64,000 nucleotides of DNA from an uncultured Dictyoglomota bacterium (GTDB lineage: Bacteria > Dictyoglomota > Dictyoglomia > Dictyoglomales > Dictyoglomaceae). Of the stretch, positions 40,422 to 51,399 are shown in pieces. The stretch is from NCBI GenBank assembly GCA_964654465.1, contig CAZZIO010000032.1, positions 32,001 through 96,000 of the forward strand. The letters run 5' to 3'. Positions within the stretch are counted from its first letter, which is position 1. The number at the start of each line of letters is the position of its first letter. The translations under genes and the position numbers were made by a program. Under the pieces are notes generated by a model. It searched no databases, was not told the origin of the DNA, and worked only from the letters and a program-made list of their open reading frames with translations.

Positions 40422-41447
40422 TTATTCTTCTAAGTAATCTTTTATTTTTTTACTTCTGCTTGGATGGCGCAATCTTCTCAAGGCCTTGGCTTCTATTTGC
40501 CTTATTCTTTCCCTTGTTACATTAAAAAGTTTACCCACTTCCTCTAAAGTTCTTGGTTGATTATCTTCTAACCCAAATCTTAATTTAAGAATCTCCCTTT
40601 CCCTCTCAGAAAGCTCATTCAATAATTCCTCTATATCTTTTTTCAAAGATTTTTGAATTGCAATATCAGCAGGACTCATACCTTTGTTTTCCACGAAATC
40701 AGCCAATCTATTATCTTCATCCTCACCTACAGGCATCTCCAAGGATAATGGCTCTTGTCCTATCATACTTATCTCTCTTATCTTTTCTACAGGAAGCCTT
40801 ACCCTTTCTGCAATCTCTTCTTCAGTTGGCTTTCTTCCAAGTTCCTGTGTAAGCTGTCTTGTAACTTTATGTATCTTATTCATTGTCTCTACCATATGTA
40901 CTGGTATTCTTATAGTCCTTGCTTGATCAGCAATAGCTCTTGTAATTGCTTGTCTTATCCACCAAGTAGCATAGGTAGAAAACTTATATCCTTTCCTCCA
41001 ATCAAATTTTTCAACAGCTTTAATAAGACCAAGATTCCCTTCTTGTATAAGATCTAAAAAAGATAAACCCCTTCCAATATATCTTTTGGCTACACTTACT
41101 ACTAACCTTAAGTTAGCCTCAATAAGTTTCTTCTTAGCCTCTTCATCTCCTTCTTCTACTCTTTTGGCAAGTTCTATCTCTTCCTCTGGGGTAAGTAATG
41201 GAATCTTTCCGATTTCTTTTAAATACATCTTTACAGGATCATCTAATTCTATCTCTTCTGGAAGCTCTAAATCTTCCTCAATAGTTTCAGGTATACTATC
41301 CTCTTTTATATCCACAAATAAATCTTCTGCATCTATCAATTCATGGTCTTCCAAGTATTTTTCTACTTCCTCTATATTATCCTCAGGATAAGGAAATTCC
41401 GTCAAAACTTCATCAGGAGTTACTTTTTTAGGCTTTTTCTTAGTCAT
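40422..41447 (-). CDS. rpoD: Primary sigma factor (SigA/RpoD)
   Basis: [53 protein letters not shown]. Confidence 0.97.
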   Translation of the reverse strand: MTKKKPKKVTPDEVLTEFPYPEDNIEEVEKYLEDHELIDAEDLFVDIKEDSIPETIEEDLELPEEIELDDPVKMYLKEIGKIPLLTPEEEIELAKRVEEGDEEAKKKLIEANLRLVVSVAKRYIGRGLSFLDLIQEGNLGLIKAVEKFDWRKGYKFSTYATWWIRQAITRAIADQARTIRIPVHMVETMNKIHKVTRQLTQELGRKPTEEEIAERVRLPVEKIREISMIGQEPLSLEMPVGEDEDNRLADFVENKGMSPADIAIQKSLKKDIEELLNELSEREREILKLRFGLEDNQPRTLEEVGKLFNVTRERIRQIEAKALRRLRHPSRSKKIKDYLEE

Positions 41448-41473
41448 TTAAAATCATCTCCTCCTTAAAAATT

Positions 41474-43216
41474 TCACTTCTTTACTTCTAAAAGACTCCT
41501 CAAGAAATATATTTCTTCCATAATTTCTTTTTCTTTTTCAAGATCAGTCAATGATTTTGATAACTCCTCTATCAATCTGTTTATCTCCTTTTTTATTCTA
41601 AGCTTTTGAAAATGATCCCACAAGTAGGGAATTATATCTTTTTGTTTTATAAACTCTTCACCTGATAAAATTGCCCTCTCTATAAGGATTCTTTTATCTT
41701 CTTCCCATTGACTTAAAAATTCTTCTAAACCCTTTTCTTTATCCCAAATCCTCCACTTTTTTAAAACATCCTGATACAACACAAAGGTAAAATCATCAGG
41801 ACTCATATTCTTTATTTGTGTATGTTCAACACCCAATAAAATCAATCCTAACAAAGCTTCTTCCGTTTTTGATACTCCATAATAACGTGTTATTTGAACC
41901 TTAGCTTTATCCTCTGTTATTCTACCAGAAAAAATTCTCTTCTGTATCTCTTTTTGAAGCCCTTCTTCGGGCACTCCTATTCTCTTACTTATTAATGGTA
42001 AATATTGCTTTATTTTTTCTTGCTGGACAAGTATATTTTTACTACGAAGAATGGAAGATGTCAATATTTCAATTATTTCTTCTAATTTTTCTTTAAAGGT
42101 CATGGGTAAATTTAATACATGATCAACAAGAAAATCTAAAGAAGGTTTACTATCTTTAATAAGATTCAAGAATTCATCTTTTGAATATTTTTGTATAAAC
42201 TCATCTGGATCTTTTACGTCAGATGGAAGAGATAACCAATATACATCTAAACCTTCCAACTCAAGAATAGATAATGCTCTTTTCCCTGCTTGAAAACCTG
42301 CTGGGTCTTGATCATATCCTAATATCACTTTATTAGTATAATTTTTTAAAAGCTTCGCTTGTGAAGAAGTTAACGAAGTACCTAAAGAAGCCACCACATT
42401 ACCTATACCTTCTTGATGAAGTGAGATAGCATCCATATATCCTTCAACTAAAATTGCCTCCCCATCTCTTTTTATAACTTCCTTTGCTTGAAATAGGGCA
42501 TATAGATTTTTACCTTTACTAAATATCTCACTCTCTGGAGAGTTTATATATTTAGGGTCTTCGCTAGTTATGGTCCTTGCCCCAAAACCTATTATATGAC
42601 CTCTAAGATTAAATATTGGAAAAATTATTCTTCCAGCAAAAGGATCCTTCCATTCATCTTTTACGTTATATAAAATTTTAGATTTAATGATATCCTCTTT
42701 TTGAAAACCTTTTTTAATAAGATATCTAAGAAGAAGCAAGGAATTTCTAGGAGAAAATCCCAAAAGAAATTTTTCTTGAGTCTCTAGTGAAATACCCCTT
42801 TTTTTTAAATATAACCTTCCTTCTGCTCCATATTTACTTGTTAGATAAAGATGATAAAACACACCAGCAGACTTATAAATTTCTAATAAAACATTACCTT
42901 CTGCTGTAATAGTCTCTGATTTTTTTGGCAATTCTAAACCTACCTCATGTGCTAATTCTTCTAATGCTTCTCTGAAGGTTATATTTCTGTAATTTATAAG
43001 AAAGGAGAAAACATCTCCCGCAGCCCCGCACCCAAAACAATGGTAAAGTCCTTTATCAGGACTCACATAAAAAGATGGCGTTTTTTCCTGGTGAAAAGGA
43101 CAAAGGCCCACATAATTTTTCCCACTTTTTTTAAGACTCACATATCTTGAAATAACATCTACTATATTAATCCTTTGTTTAACTTCCTCTACAAAATCTT
43201 CCATCAAAAAACCCAT
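41474..43216 (-). CDS. dnaG: DNA primase
   Basis: CPFH...CFGC zinc finger, KYINSPE, VEGYMD, DQDPAG, KDPDE. Confidence 0.97.
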   Translation of the reverse strand: MGFLMEDFVEEVKQRINIVDVISRYVSLKKSGKNYVGLCPFHQEKTPSFYVSPDKGLYHCFGCGAAGDVFSFLINYRNITFREALEELAHEVGLELPKKSETITAEGNVLLEIYKSAGVFYHLYLTSKYGAEGRLYLKKRGISLETQEKFLLGFSPRNSLLLLRYLIKKGFQKEDIIKSKILYNVKDEWKDPFAGRIIFPIFNLRGHIIGFGARTITSEDPKYINSPESEIFSKGKNLYALFQAKEVIKRDGEAILVEGYMDAISLHQEGIGNVVASLGTSLTSSQAKLLKNYTNKVILGYDQDPAGFQAGKRALSILELEGLDVYWLSLPSDVKDPDEFIQKYSKDEFLNLIKDSKPSLDFLVDHVLNLPMTFKEKLEEIIEILTSSILRSKNILVQQEKIKQYLPLISKRIGVPEEGLQKEIQKRIFSGRITEDKAKVQITRYYGVSKTEEALLGLILLGVEHTQIKNMSPDDFTFVLYQDVLKKWRIWDKEKGLEEFLSQWEEDKRILIERAILSGEEFIKQKDIIPYLWDHFQKLRIKKEINRLIEELSKSLTDLEKEKEIMEEIYFLRSLLEVKK

Positions 43217-44251
43217 TTAGAAGAACCTCCATGGCTTTGGGATAAAGATACTTTCATATAACTCTATTGCATATCTATCTGTCATTCCTGCCAAAAAGTC
43301 TTTAATTTTTATTACTAAATCATCTTCTGGAAGATTTTGAGGAAGTTTTTTAGGATTTTTCATAAAGTAATCAAAAAGTCCATATAATAAGAGTTTAACC
43401 CTTTCATTTTCTGATTTAACATGCGGATTTATATACAAAGTCTCATATAAAAAATTTCTAAGCTCCTCTATAGCATCAAGAATATCATATTCAAATTCAA
43501 GATGATCTTTATTTAGGCTATTAAAGACTAAATTCTTTACCATGGTATCTATTCTTTCTTTGTGTGTTTTCCCAAGAATCCTTATAATCTTCTCAGGTAT
43601 ATACTTCTCATCTATCACTCCTGCTCTTAAGGCATCATCAAGGTCATGATTTAAATAAGCTATAACATCTGAAAATCTTACAACTTCCCCTTCTAAAGTC
43701 TCGCAAACCTTGTTACTAAAACAAATTCTAAGATCTTTTTGCCCTTTGCTATGCTGTAATATACCCATCCTTACCTCATATGTTAAATTTAACCCCTTGC
43801 CACCTTTCTCTATTTTATCAACAACTCTTAAACTTTGTTCAGCATGAGAAAAACCAGAATAACCATAAGACTTTAAAATCTCGTCAAGAACATCCTCTCC
43901 CATATGTCCAAAAGGAGTATGGCCCAAATCATGCCCTAAAGCTATAGCCTCGGTGAGATCTTCATTTAAAGAAAGAGCCCTTGAAATAGTTCGAGCTATT
44001 TGTGATACTTCAAGGGTATGAGTTAAACGAGTTCTATAATGGTCTCCCTCTGGAGCAAGAAACACTTGAGTTTTATGTTTTAACCTTCGAAAAGCCTTAG
44101 AATGGATAATCCTATCTCTATCTCTCTGAAAACATGTCCTTAAAGGACATTCTTCTTCAAAGACAATTCTACCCTTGCTTTTACTACTCAAAGTAGCATA
44201 AGGTGAAAATAAAATTTTTTCTTGTTCTTCTAATCTCTCCCTGATTAACAT
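43217..44251 (-). CDS. dgt: Deoxyguanosinetriphosphate triphosphohydrolase-like HD protein
   Basis: RDRDRIIHSKAFRRLKHKTQV, RTRLTHTLEV, HDLGHTPFGH, AGMTD. Confidence 0.93.
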   Translation of the reverse strand: MLIRERLEEQEKILFSPYATLSSKSKGRIVFEEECPLRTCFQRDRDRIIHSKAFRRLKHKTQVFLAPEGDHYRTRLTHTLEVSQIARTISRALSLNEDLTEAIALGHDLGHTPFGHMGEDVLDEILKSYGYSGFSHAEQSLRVVDKIEKGGKGLNLTYEVRMGILQHSKGQKDLRICFSNKVCETLEGEVVRFSDVIAYLNHDLDDALRAGVIDEKYIPEKIIRILGKTHKERIDTMVKNLVFNSLNKDHLEFEYDILDAIEELRNFLYETLYINPHVKSENERVKLLLYGLFDYFMKNPKKLPQNLPEDDLVIKIKDFLAGMTDRYAIELYESIFIPKPWRFF

Positions 44252-44255
44252 TCTC

Positions 44256-44289
44256 TTAGGGGGGAGAAGTTTTTACTCCTCCCCCCTAA
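44256..44289 (-). other. 15-bp stem-loop between ppdK and dgt (not a canonical terminator)
   Basis: TTAGGGGGGAGGAGT-AAAA-ACTTCTCCCCCCTAA on the minus strand, no downstream U-tract, 4 nt before the ATG. Confidence 0.8.
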
Positions 44290-44302
44290 ATTTATCACCT
44301 CT

Positions 44303-46972
44303 TTAAGCTGTCCTATCTACAAATTCCATTTGCTTTTGATATTTCAATGTAGCTTGTGCAGCAGCAAGTCTTGCAACAGGTACTCTGAAAGGTGAACAAC
44401 TTACATAATTCAAACCTATTTGATAGCAGAACTCTATAGACTTAGGATCTCCACCATGTTCACCACAGATTCCAACTTTTAAGTCAGGTCTTGTAGATCT
44501 TCCTTTTTGAATTGCTATTTTCATTAGTTCTCCTACACCTTGTGTATCTAAGTGTTCAAATGGATCATCCTCAATGTATCCCTTTTCTCTATATCTTCCT
44601 AAGAACTTACCTTCAGCATCGTCACGGCTGAAAGCAAAGGTCATCTGAGTAAGGTCATTAGTACCAAAGGAGAAGAACTCAGCAATTTGAGCAAGTTTGT
44701 CAGCAATCAATGCAGCTCTTGGAACCTCAATCATAGTCCCAACCTTATATTCAATATTAACTCCACTCTTTTCTAAAACTTCTTTTGCTACTCTATGTAT
44801 TAAATCTCCAAGAACTTTCATTTCAGACTCTAATGCTACAAGAGGGATCATAATTTCTGGTTTTACAGGAAGTCCTTCTTTAGCTACTGCAACAGCCGCC
44901 TCCATAATTGCTCTTACCTGCATTTCAAATATTTCTGGATAAATCATTCCCAATCTACAACCTCTAAATCCCATCATAGGGTTAAACTCATGCAATCTCT
45001 TTACTACAGAAAGTAATTTTTCTTTTTCTTCTAATTCTTTTCCTGTAATTCCCTTTGCTTTCATAATTTCAACTTCTACAGTTAAATCCAGTAATGGTGG
45101 TAAGAATTCATGTAATGGTGGGTCAATTAATCGGATTGTTACAGGTTTTCCTTGCATAGCCTTGAATAATCCTATAAAATCCTCTCTTTGTACTGGTAAT
45201 AATTTTTCTAAAGCCTTTCTTCTTTCTTCTTCAGTTTCTGCAAGAATCATCTCTTGTACTAATGGAAGCCTATTTCCTAAGAACATATGCTCTGTTCTTG
45301 CAAGACCTATCCCTTCAGCACCATATTCAAATGCTTTTTGGGCATCTTCAGGAGTATCTGCATTAGCTCTTACACCAATCTTCCTAATTTCATCAGCCCA
45401 AGAAAGAAGCTCTATTAATTCGTTGCTTAAAGTAGGTGGAATCATTGGAACCTCTCCTAAAATTACTTCACCAGTAGAACCATCTATTGTAATAACATCA
45501 TCTTTCTTTACTACCACATCACCCACACGAAATTCTTCTTTCTCAAGATCTATCTTTATTGCCTCACATCCTACTACAGCGGGCTTACCCATTCCTCTTG
45601 CAACTACAGCTGCGTGGCTTGTCATTCCACCTCTACTTGTTAATACACCTTGAGCTGCTGCAAGACCACCAATATCATCTGGTGTGGTCTCAGGTCTTAC
45701 AAGGATGACTTTTTCTCCTTCTTTTCCTCTCTTTTCTGCCTCACGAGAAGAGAATACCACTTTTCCAGAAGCTGCACCCGGAGATGCAGGAAGACCCTTT
45801 GCAATTACTTTCTTTTCAGCCTTTGGATCTATTTGGGCATGAAGCAACTGATTTATCTGTTCTGGAGAAACCCTTAATATAGCTTCCTCTTTTGTAATTA
45901 ATCCTTCCTTGACCATATCTACAGCTATTTTAACTGCTGCTGCAGCTGTTCTTTTTGCATTTCTTGTCTGAAGCATGTAAAGTTTTCCTTTCTCAATTGT
46001 AAATTCTATGTCTTGAACATCTCTATAATACTTTTCAAGTAGATCTCTAACTTCAAGAAGTTGCTTATAAACTTCAGGCATTTCTTCTGCTAATTTTGAG
46101 ATTGGTTGAGGAGTTCTTATTCCTGCTACCACGTCTTCACCCTGTGCATTAGTTAAATATTCACCATAGAATTCCTTTTCTCCTGTAGATGGGTTTCTCG
46201 TAAAGGCTACTCCTGTACCACTATCATCACCCATGTTTCCAAAAACCATAGTTACAATATTTACTGCTGTACCATAGTCCTCTGGAATATTATGGAGTTT
46301 CCTATAAATTATGGCTCTTTCATTATTCCAAGAATCAAAAACTGCTTTTATAGCCATTTCAAGTTGTTGATATGGATCTTGAGGGAAATCTTTACCATTC
46401 TCTTTCCTAACAAGCTCTTTATAGGCTTCTACTACTTTCTTAAGAGTTTCGGCTGTAAGTTCACTATCTAATTTAGCTCCTTGCTCTTTCTTATAGTGAT
46501 CTAAAATTTCCTCAAATTTCTCATGAGGAATACCAAGAACTACATTTCCAAACATCTGTATAAATCTTCTATAAGAATCATAAGCAAATCTTTCATTATT
46601 ACTCTTTTTTGCTAAACCTTTAACAGTCTCATCATTAAGTCCAAGGTTTAAAATTGTATCCATCATTCCTGGCATTGATACAGGTGCTCCAGATCTTACA
46701 GAAACAAGTAGTGGATTCTCAGGATCAGCAAATTTCTTACCTGTCTTTTCCTCCAATTTTTTCATTGCTGCTAAAACTTCTTCCATTAAACCTTCTGGAA
46801 GTTTCTTATCGTTTTCGTAATATTCTTTACATACTTCAGTGGTGATAATGAATCCTGGAGGAACTGGGAGACCTGCTTTGGTCATATCTGCTAATCCTGC
46901 ACCTTTTCCACCAAAAAGAAGACGATTTTTACCATCTGCCTCCTCAAATAGATATACTCTTTTCTTTGACAT
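44303..46972 (-). CDS. ppdK: Pyruvate, phosphate dikinase
   Basis: GGKGAGL, VSVRSGA..SMPGMMDT, GGMTSHAAVVARG, SFGTNDLTQ, GICGEHGGDP. Confidence 0.98.
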   Translation of the reverse strand: MSKKRVYLFEEADGKNRLLFGGKGAGLADMTKAGLPVPPGFIITTEVCKEYYENDKKLPEGLMEEVLAAMKKLEEKTGKKFADPENPLLVSVRSGAPVSMPGMMDTILNLGLNDETVKGLAKKSNNERFAYDSYRRFIQMFGNVVLGIPHEKFEEILDHYKKEQGAKLDSELTAETLKKVVEAYKELVRKENGKDFPQDPYQQLEMAIKAVFDSWNNERAIIYRKLHNIPEDYGTAVNIVTMVFGNMGDDSGTGVAFTRNPSTGEKEFYGEYLTNAQGEDVVAGIRTPQPISKLAEEMPEVYKQLLEVRDLLEKYYRDVQDIEFTIEKGKLYMLQTRNAKRTAAAAVKIAVDMVKEGLITKEEAILRVSPEQINQLLHAQIDPKAEKKVIAKGLPASPGAASGKVVFSSREAEKRGKEGEKVILVRPETTPDDIGGLAAAQGVLTSRGGMTSHAAVVARGMGKPAVVGCEAIKIDLEKEEFRVGDVVVKKDDVITIDGSTGEVILGEVPMIPPTLSNELIELLSWADEIRKIGVRANADTPEDAQKAFEYGAEGIGLARTEHMFLGNRLPLVQEMILAETEEERRKALEKLLPVQREDFIGLFKAMQGKPVTIRLIDPPLHEFLPPLLDLTVEVEIMKAKGITGKELEEKEKLLSVVKRLHEFNPMMGFRGCRLGMIYPEIFEMQVRAIMEAAVAVAKEGLPVKPEIMIPLVALESEMKVLGDLIHRVAKEVLEKSGVNIEYKVGTMIEVPRAALIADKLAQIAEFFSFGTNDLTQMTFAFSRDDAEGKFLGRYREKGYIEDDPFEHLDTQGVGELMKIAIQKGRSTRPDLKVGICGEHGGDPKSIEFCYQIGLNYVSCSPFRVPVARLAAAQATLKYQKQMEFVDRTA

Positions 46973-47064
46973 ATGTCATCCTCCTTACTTTTATATTTTT
47001 TTAAAGTTATCTTATGAGATTATATCATAAACGTATCAAGACTAATTTTAATGAAAGTTTAAAG

Positions 47065-49128
47065 TTATGAAAGTTTACTCCAATCACAAAATTCCCATAA
47101 AAAGGTTTTAATATTCCAAATTAAAGAAAGCCTATTATTCTTTTCATCTTCATTTGGAGACATCACTAAAACGTTGTCAAAGAATGCTTCTATGTCATTA
47201 GCAAAAGTAATTAATAGTTCATGCTTAAAAAGATTCAGATAATCACCTTTTTCTAAATCTTTTTCTAAATCATTTTTTATTTTAACAAAATCCTCATATA
47301 ACTTTTTCTCATAATTTGAGACAAAAAGTTCTGGCCTGATTTCTTTCAAGGTTAACTCCTTTGGTAAGATCCTATAAAGTCTATTGAAAGCTTTAACCAC
47401 ACTATTAAAATTTGGATCCTTTTTTGTTTCAATAATAAAAGCAATTCTTCTTTTTGTTTTCCATAATGGATCAAAATCCACACTCAAAACACTTTCCACT
47501 ACCTCAAGAGGATACATATCTAATAAAATATTCCTTAATCTTTGACCTATAAAAATAAAACCTTGATAAAGTCTATCTCTACTCTCACCAAAACCATATA
47601 CCTTCCAAGCATACTCAAGAAGCTCCTTTATACTAAGCCTAATATCACTTTCTAAAAATATCTTAAGAAGACCTCCTGTAATTCTCCTTAGTCCAATAGG
47701 ATCCTCAGATCCAGTAGGGAAAAGACCTAAAAAGAAATATCCAGCAAGGCTATCTATTCTATCCGCAATTCCTAAGAGAGATGCTAAATAGTGAGATGGT
47801 ATCTTTTCATCTAAGGTTCTTGGATAGATATATTCACCAATTATTGTAGGAATAGGTTCTTTTTCTCCTGAAATTTTAGCATAGATGCTTCCCATAATAG
47901 CATGTAGTTCAGGATACTCACTAACCATTAAAGTCCCCAAATCTGCTTTATATAAATCAACGCACCGTACCAATATTTTTGTTTCATCTTCGGAAAGAGA
48001 CAAAATCCTTGAAATTTCATAAACTATTTTCTTTACTCTTTCTACTTTATCTTTAATAGTACCAAGCTTTTCTTGGAAAATAATACCTTCTAATTTTGAC
48101 GTATAACTTTCCAAAGGATTCTTAATATCTTCATTAAAGTAATATTCTGCATCAGCAAGTCTTGCTTTCAAAACCCTTTCATTACCCTCTATTACAATAT
48201 CCGCATATTCCTTTGTCCCATTTCTTATTACTATAAACCTGTTAACTAAATTACCATCTTCATTTCTCAATGGAAAATATCTTTGTTTCTTTTCCAATGT
48301 CACCTTCAAAACTATATCTGGTAATTTTAAATATCTTTCATCAAAGTGTCCTAATAAAGCAGTAGGATATTCTACTAAAAAATTAACCTCATCTAATAGT
48401 TCTGCATCATAATCTAATATGAGAGAATTAGCCTCAGCTATTTCTTTTATTTGTTTTAAAATATTATCCTTTCTTTCTATATGATCAACAATTACAAAAT
48501 TTTCTCTTAAGATATCTAAGTATTTTGTTGCATCACTAACTTCTATGAAGGATCTTAAATAAAATCTTGGAGGTCTTGTGTATTTTGATGAATTTACCCC
48601 TGCCACACTTATAGGTACCAATTCATCTCCATAAAGAGATAGAATCCAGCGTATGGGTCTTCCAAAAGTAAAATTAACATTTCCCCATTTCATCATCTTA
48701 GGAAATCTTATACTCTTAAGCATATCTACTACAAAAGACTGGATAATTTCTATTGTAGGTTTTCCTTCTCTTACCCTTTTTAAAAAAACATATCTTCCTT
48801 TTGAAGTATCTTTTATAATTAAATCTTTTAAATCTGCCTTATTTTGTTCAGCAAACTTTTTAGCAACATCTGTCCATTCACCATCTTTATATGCTATATG
48901 GGCTGCAGGTCCTCTTATCTCTTCTTCTTGAGATTCTTGAAAATCCTTTAATTTTTCCACATATATAACTAACCTTCTTGGTGTTGCCCAAACTTTTAAA
49001 TCACTGTATCTTAAATAATTTTTTTCAAAATAATCAACAGAAAAATCTTTTATTTGTTTAATTGCTGGTTCTAAAAAACTTGCTGGCATCTCTTCTGTGC
49101 CTATTTCAACTAAGAGATCTCTTTCCAA
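47065..49128 (-). CDS. glyS: Glycine--tRNA ligase beta subunit
   Basis: LLVEIGTEEMP, TPRRL, RPIRW, GNERVLKARLADA, PTGSEDP. Confidence 0.95.
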   Translation of the reverse strand: MERDLLVEIGTEEMPASFLEPAIKQIKDFSVDYFEKNYLRYSDLKVWATPRRLVIYVEKLKDFQESQEEEIRGPAAHIAYKDGEWTDVAKKFAEQNKADLKDLIIKDTSKGRYVFLKRVREGKPTIEIIQSFVVDMLKSIRFPKMMKWGNVNFTFGRPIRWILSLYGDELVPISVAGVNSSKYTRPPRFYLRSFIEVSDATKYLDILRENFVIVDHIERKDNILKQIKEIAEANSLILDYDAELLDEVNFLVEYPTALLGHFDERYLKLPDIVLKVTLEKKQRYFPLRNEDGNLVNRFIVIRNGTKEYADIVIEGNERVLKARLADAEYYFNEDIKNPLESYTSKLEGIIFQEKLGTIKDKVERVKKIVYEISRILSLSEDETKILVRCVDLYKADLGTLMVSEYPELHAIMGSIYAKISGEKEPIPTIIGEYIYPRTLDEKIPSHYLASLLGIADRIDSLAGYFFLGLFPTGSEDPIGLRRITGGLLKIFLESDIRLSIKELLEYAWKVYGFGESRDRLYQGFIFIGQRLRNILLDMYPLEVVESVLSVDFDPLWKTKRRIAFIIETKKDPNFNSVVKAFNRLYRILPKELTLKEIRPELFVSNYEKKLYEDFVKIKNDLEKDLEKGDYLNLFKHELLITFANDIEAFFDNVLVMSPNEDEKNNRLSLIWNIKTFLWEFCDWSKLS

Positions 49129-49132
49129 GATT

Positions 49133-50020
49133 TTATGCCCCCTTTCTCCACGCCTTATTTAGAAGAGGATATCCTAAAGCTTCTCTACTTTTTAAATAGT
49201 TTTCAGCAGCTTTTGATGCTAATTTTCTAATCCGTGATATATATTGTGTTCTTTGTACCACACTTATAGCACCTCTTGCATCTAATAAATTAAATGTATG
49301 AGAACATTTCAAAACGTAATCATAAGCAGGAAAAGTTAATCCACTTTCTAACAATCTTTCTGCCTCTTTCTCATATTCATTAAATAATAATCTTAATCTC
49401 TCAACATCAGCTAATTCAAAATTATATTTACAATGCTCTATTTCCCCCTGCAGGTGTACATCTCCATAAGTTACATTGTCTTGCCATTTTATATCTTTGA
49501 AATCATCAACTCCCTGTATATACATAGCAATTCTTTCAAGACCATAGGTTATTTCAGCAGATATAGGAAACAAATCAAATCCCCCACACTGCTGAAAATA
49601 TGTAAATTGAGTAATCTCCATTCCATCTAACCAAACTTCCCAACCTATCCCCCATGCTCCTAAGGTAGGAGATTCCCAATTATCTTCAACAAACCTTATG
49701 TCATGCTTTTCTATATCAATACCTAAATATCTTAAACTTTCAATATAGATTTCTTGAACATCATCTGGAGAAGGCTTAAGGATTACTTGATACTGATAAT
49801 AATGTTGAAGACGATTTGGATTTTCTCCATACCTACCATCAGTAGGTCTTCTCGAGGGCTCTACATATGCAACATACCAAGGTTCTGGACCTAATACTCT
49901 AAAAAAAGTAGCAGGATTCATAGTACCAGCACCAACTTCTATATCATACGGTTGTTGAATTATACACCCTTGTTTATGCCAAAACTCATCAAGTTTATAA
50001 ATAATCTCTTGAAAAAGCAT
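49133..50020 (-). CDS. glyQ: Glycine--tRNA ligase alpha subunit
   Basis: [37 protein letters not shown]. Confidence 0.98.
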   Translation of the reverse strand: MLFQEIIYKLDEFWHKQGCIIQQPYDIEVGAGTMNPATFFRVLGPEPWYVAYVEPSRRPTDGRYGENPNRLQHYYQYQVILKPSPDDVQEIYIESLRYLGIDIEKHDIRFVEDNWESPTLGAWGIGWEVWLDGMEITQFTYFQQCGGFDLFPISAEITYGLERIAMYIQGVDDFKDIKWQDNVTYGDVHLQGEIEHCKYNFELADVERLRLLFNEYEKEAERLLESGLTFPAYDYVLKCSHTFNLLDARGAISVVQRTQYISRIRKLASKAAENYLKSREALGYPLLNKAWRKGA

Positions 50021-50025
50021 TTTTT

Positions 50026-50739
50026 CTATACCTCCTGTTCTATCCTTTTTGTCAAAATAGGCATTAATTTTTTTATTTCTTCAAAGCGTGTAATAATATT
50101 AGATCCAATTATATAATTAAAATCATAAGTTAAAATCTCATTATATTTGTTTATAATCTCTAAATCTATTTCTATATCCAAATTATTACAACCTACACAA
50201 TAAACTTTATAATCTTCGATATTCAATAACAATTTTTCATCGCTATTAAATTTTCTTCCACACTTTTCACAGTTAGTTGGGAGGAAAGGTAAAAGTCCAA
50301 GTTTTTGCCAAAGTTTAATTAAGAAGATATCCCCTGAAGTAGTAGCATTATTCTTTTTTATTTCCTTTAAAAAATTATATAATAGATCAAAAACTTCCTT
50401 ATCTTTTACCCCCTCAGGAAGAAATTTCTCAGCCCTTTTTATATAAGTAGTAGCATATATAAAGGTATCTACATCCTTTTTTATATTAGCAAATCTTTCT
50501 ATTACCTCCCAATTTATAAGAAGATCTAATTCCTTCCTTTTCACAAAATATCCTTTTCCAAGAGTAATAACCTCAACCTTTCCTCTTAGGCGATTTTTTA
50601 TTTTTAAAGCACCTGGAGCCTTCACCCAATACTTTCCTTTCTCTTTTCCGTAAAAAAGTAAAACCAAATCTCCATCTCCTATTTTCCTTCTATCTATAAT
50701 TAACCCTTCTTCATAATAATATCTACTCTCTAAGTTCAT
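50026..50739 (-). CDS. recO: DNA repair protein RecO
   Basis: N-terminal OB fold (GDGD...GK...A.GA), CEKCG...CVGC zinc finger, position between era and glyQ. Confidence 0.8.
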   Translation of the reverse strand: MNLESRYYYEEGLIIDRRKIGDGDLVLLFYGKEKGKYWVKAPGALKIKNRLRGKVEVITLGKGYFVKRKELDLLINWEVIERFANIKKDVDTFIYATTYIKRAEKFLPEGVKDKEVFDLLYNFLKEIKKNNATTSGDIFLIKLWQKLGLLPFLPTNCEKCGRKFNSDEKLLLNIEDYKVYCVGCNNLDIEIDLEIINKYNEILTYDFNYIIGSNIITRFEEIKKLMPILTKRIEQEV

Positions 50740-51382
50740 TTATTATAGCTATCCCATTAGATGTACCTATTCTATCAGCACCTGATTCTATCATTTGTAG
50801 AGCTTGTTCTAAAGTTCTTATACCTCCTGCTGCCTTAACCTTTAACTCTTTTCCTGCAATTTTCTTAAGAAGCAACACATCTTCTAATGTAGCTCCTGAG
50901 GGGCCAAAACCTGTAGATGTTTTTACAAAATGAGCTTTTTCTTCTTTTATTATATTTGTAACATAAATTTTCTCTTCATTTGTTAGATAACATGTCTCAA
51001 TAATAACTTTTACTACTTTTCCTTGTGAAGCCTCTAAAACTTTTCTTATATCTTCCCTAAGTACTTTTTCATTTCTATCTTTTATAGCAGAAATATTAAT
51101 TACCATATCAAACTCTTCTGCACCTTTTCTTAAAAGATCATCAACCTGAAAAGCTTTTGATGAAGAAGAGTTTAGACCATGAGGAAAGTCTATGACTGTA
51201 CAAACTTTTATATCAGAGTCTTTTAAAATACTATATGCTAAGGGGACAAAATAAGGTTGAATACATACAGAAGCAAAACTATATTTTAATGCCTCTTTAC
51301 AAAAATCAGTCACATCCTTTGAAGAGGCATTAGGTCTTAGTAAGGTATGATCTATCATTTTTGCTAAAGTCTTTTTATCCAT
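50723..51382 (-). CDS. deoC: Deoxyribose-phosphate aldolase
   Basis: IDHTLL, KVIIET, FVKTSTGF, KAAGGIR, RIGTS. Start reassigned to ATG 51382 behind AGGGAGA. Confidence 0.95.
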   Translation of the reverse strand: MDKKTLAKMIDHTLLRPNASSKDVTDFCKEALKYSFASVCIQPYFVPLAYSILKDSDIKVCTVIDFPHGLNSSSSKAFQVDDLLRKGAEEFDMVINISAIKDRNEKVLREDIRKVLEASQGKVVKVIIETCYLTNEEKIYVTNIIKEEKAHFVKTSTGFGPSGATLEDVLLLKKIAGKELKVKAAGGIRTLEQALQMIESGADRIGTSNGIAIINELRE

Positions 51383-51399
51383 ATAATTTCTCCCTAATA

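Noticed and set aside
44256..44289. Standard rho-independent terminator for ppdK
   Set aside because: No U-tract follows the stem on the coding strand; reported instead as a possible split-RBS or stabilising hairpin
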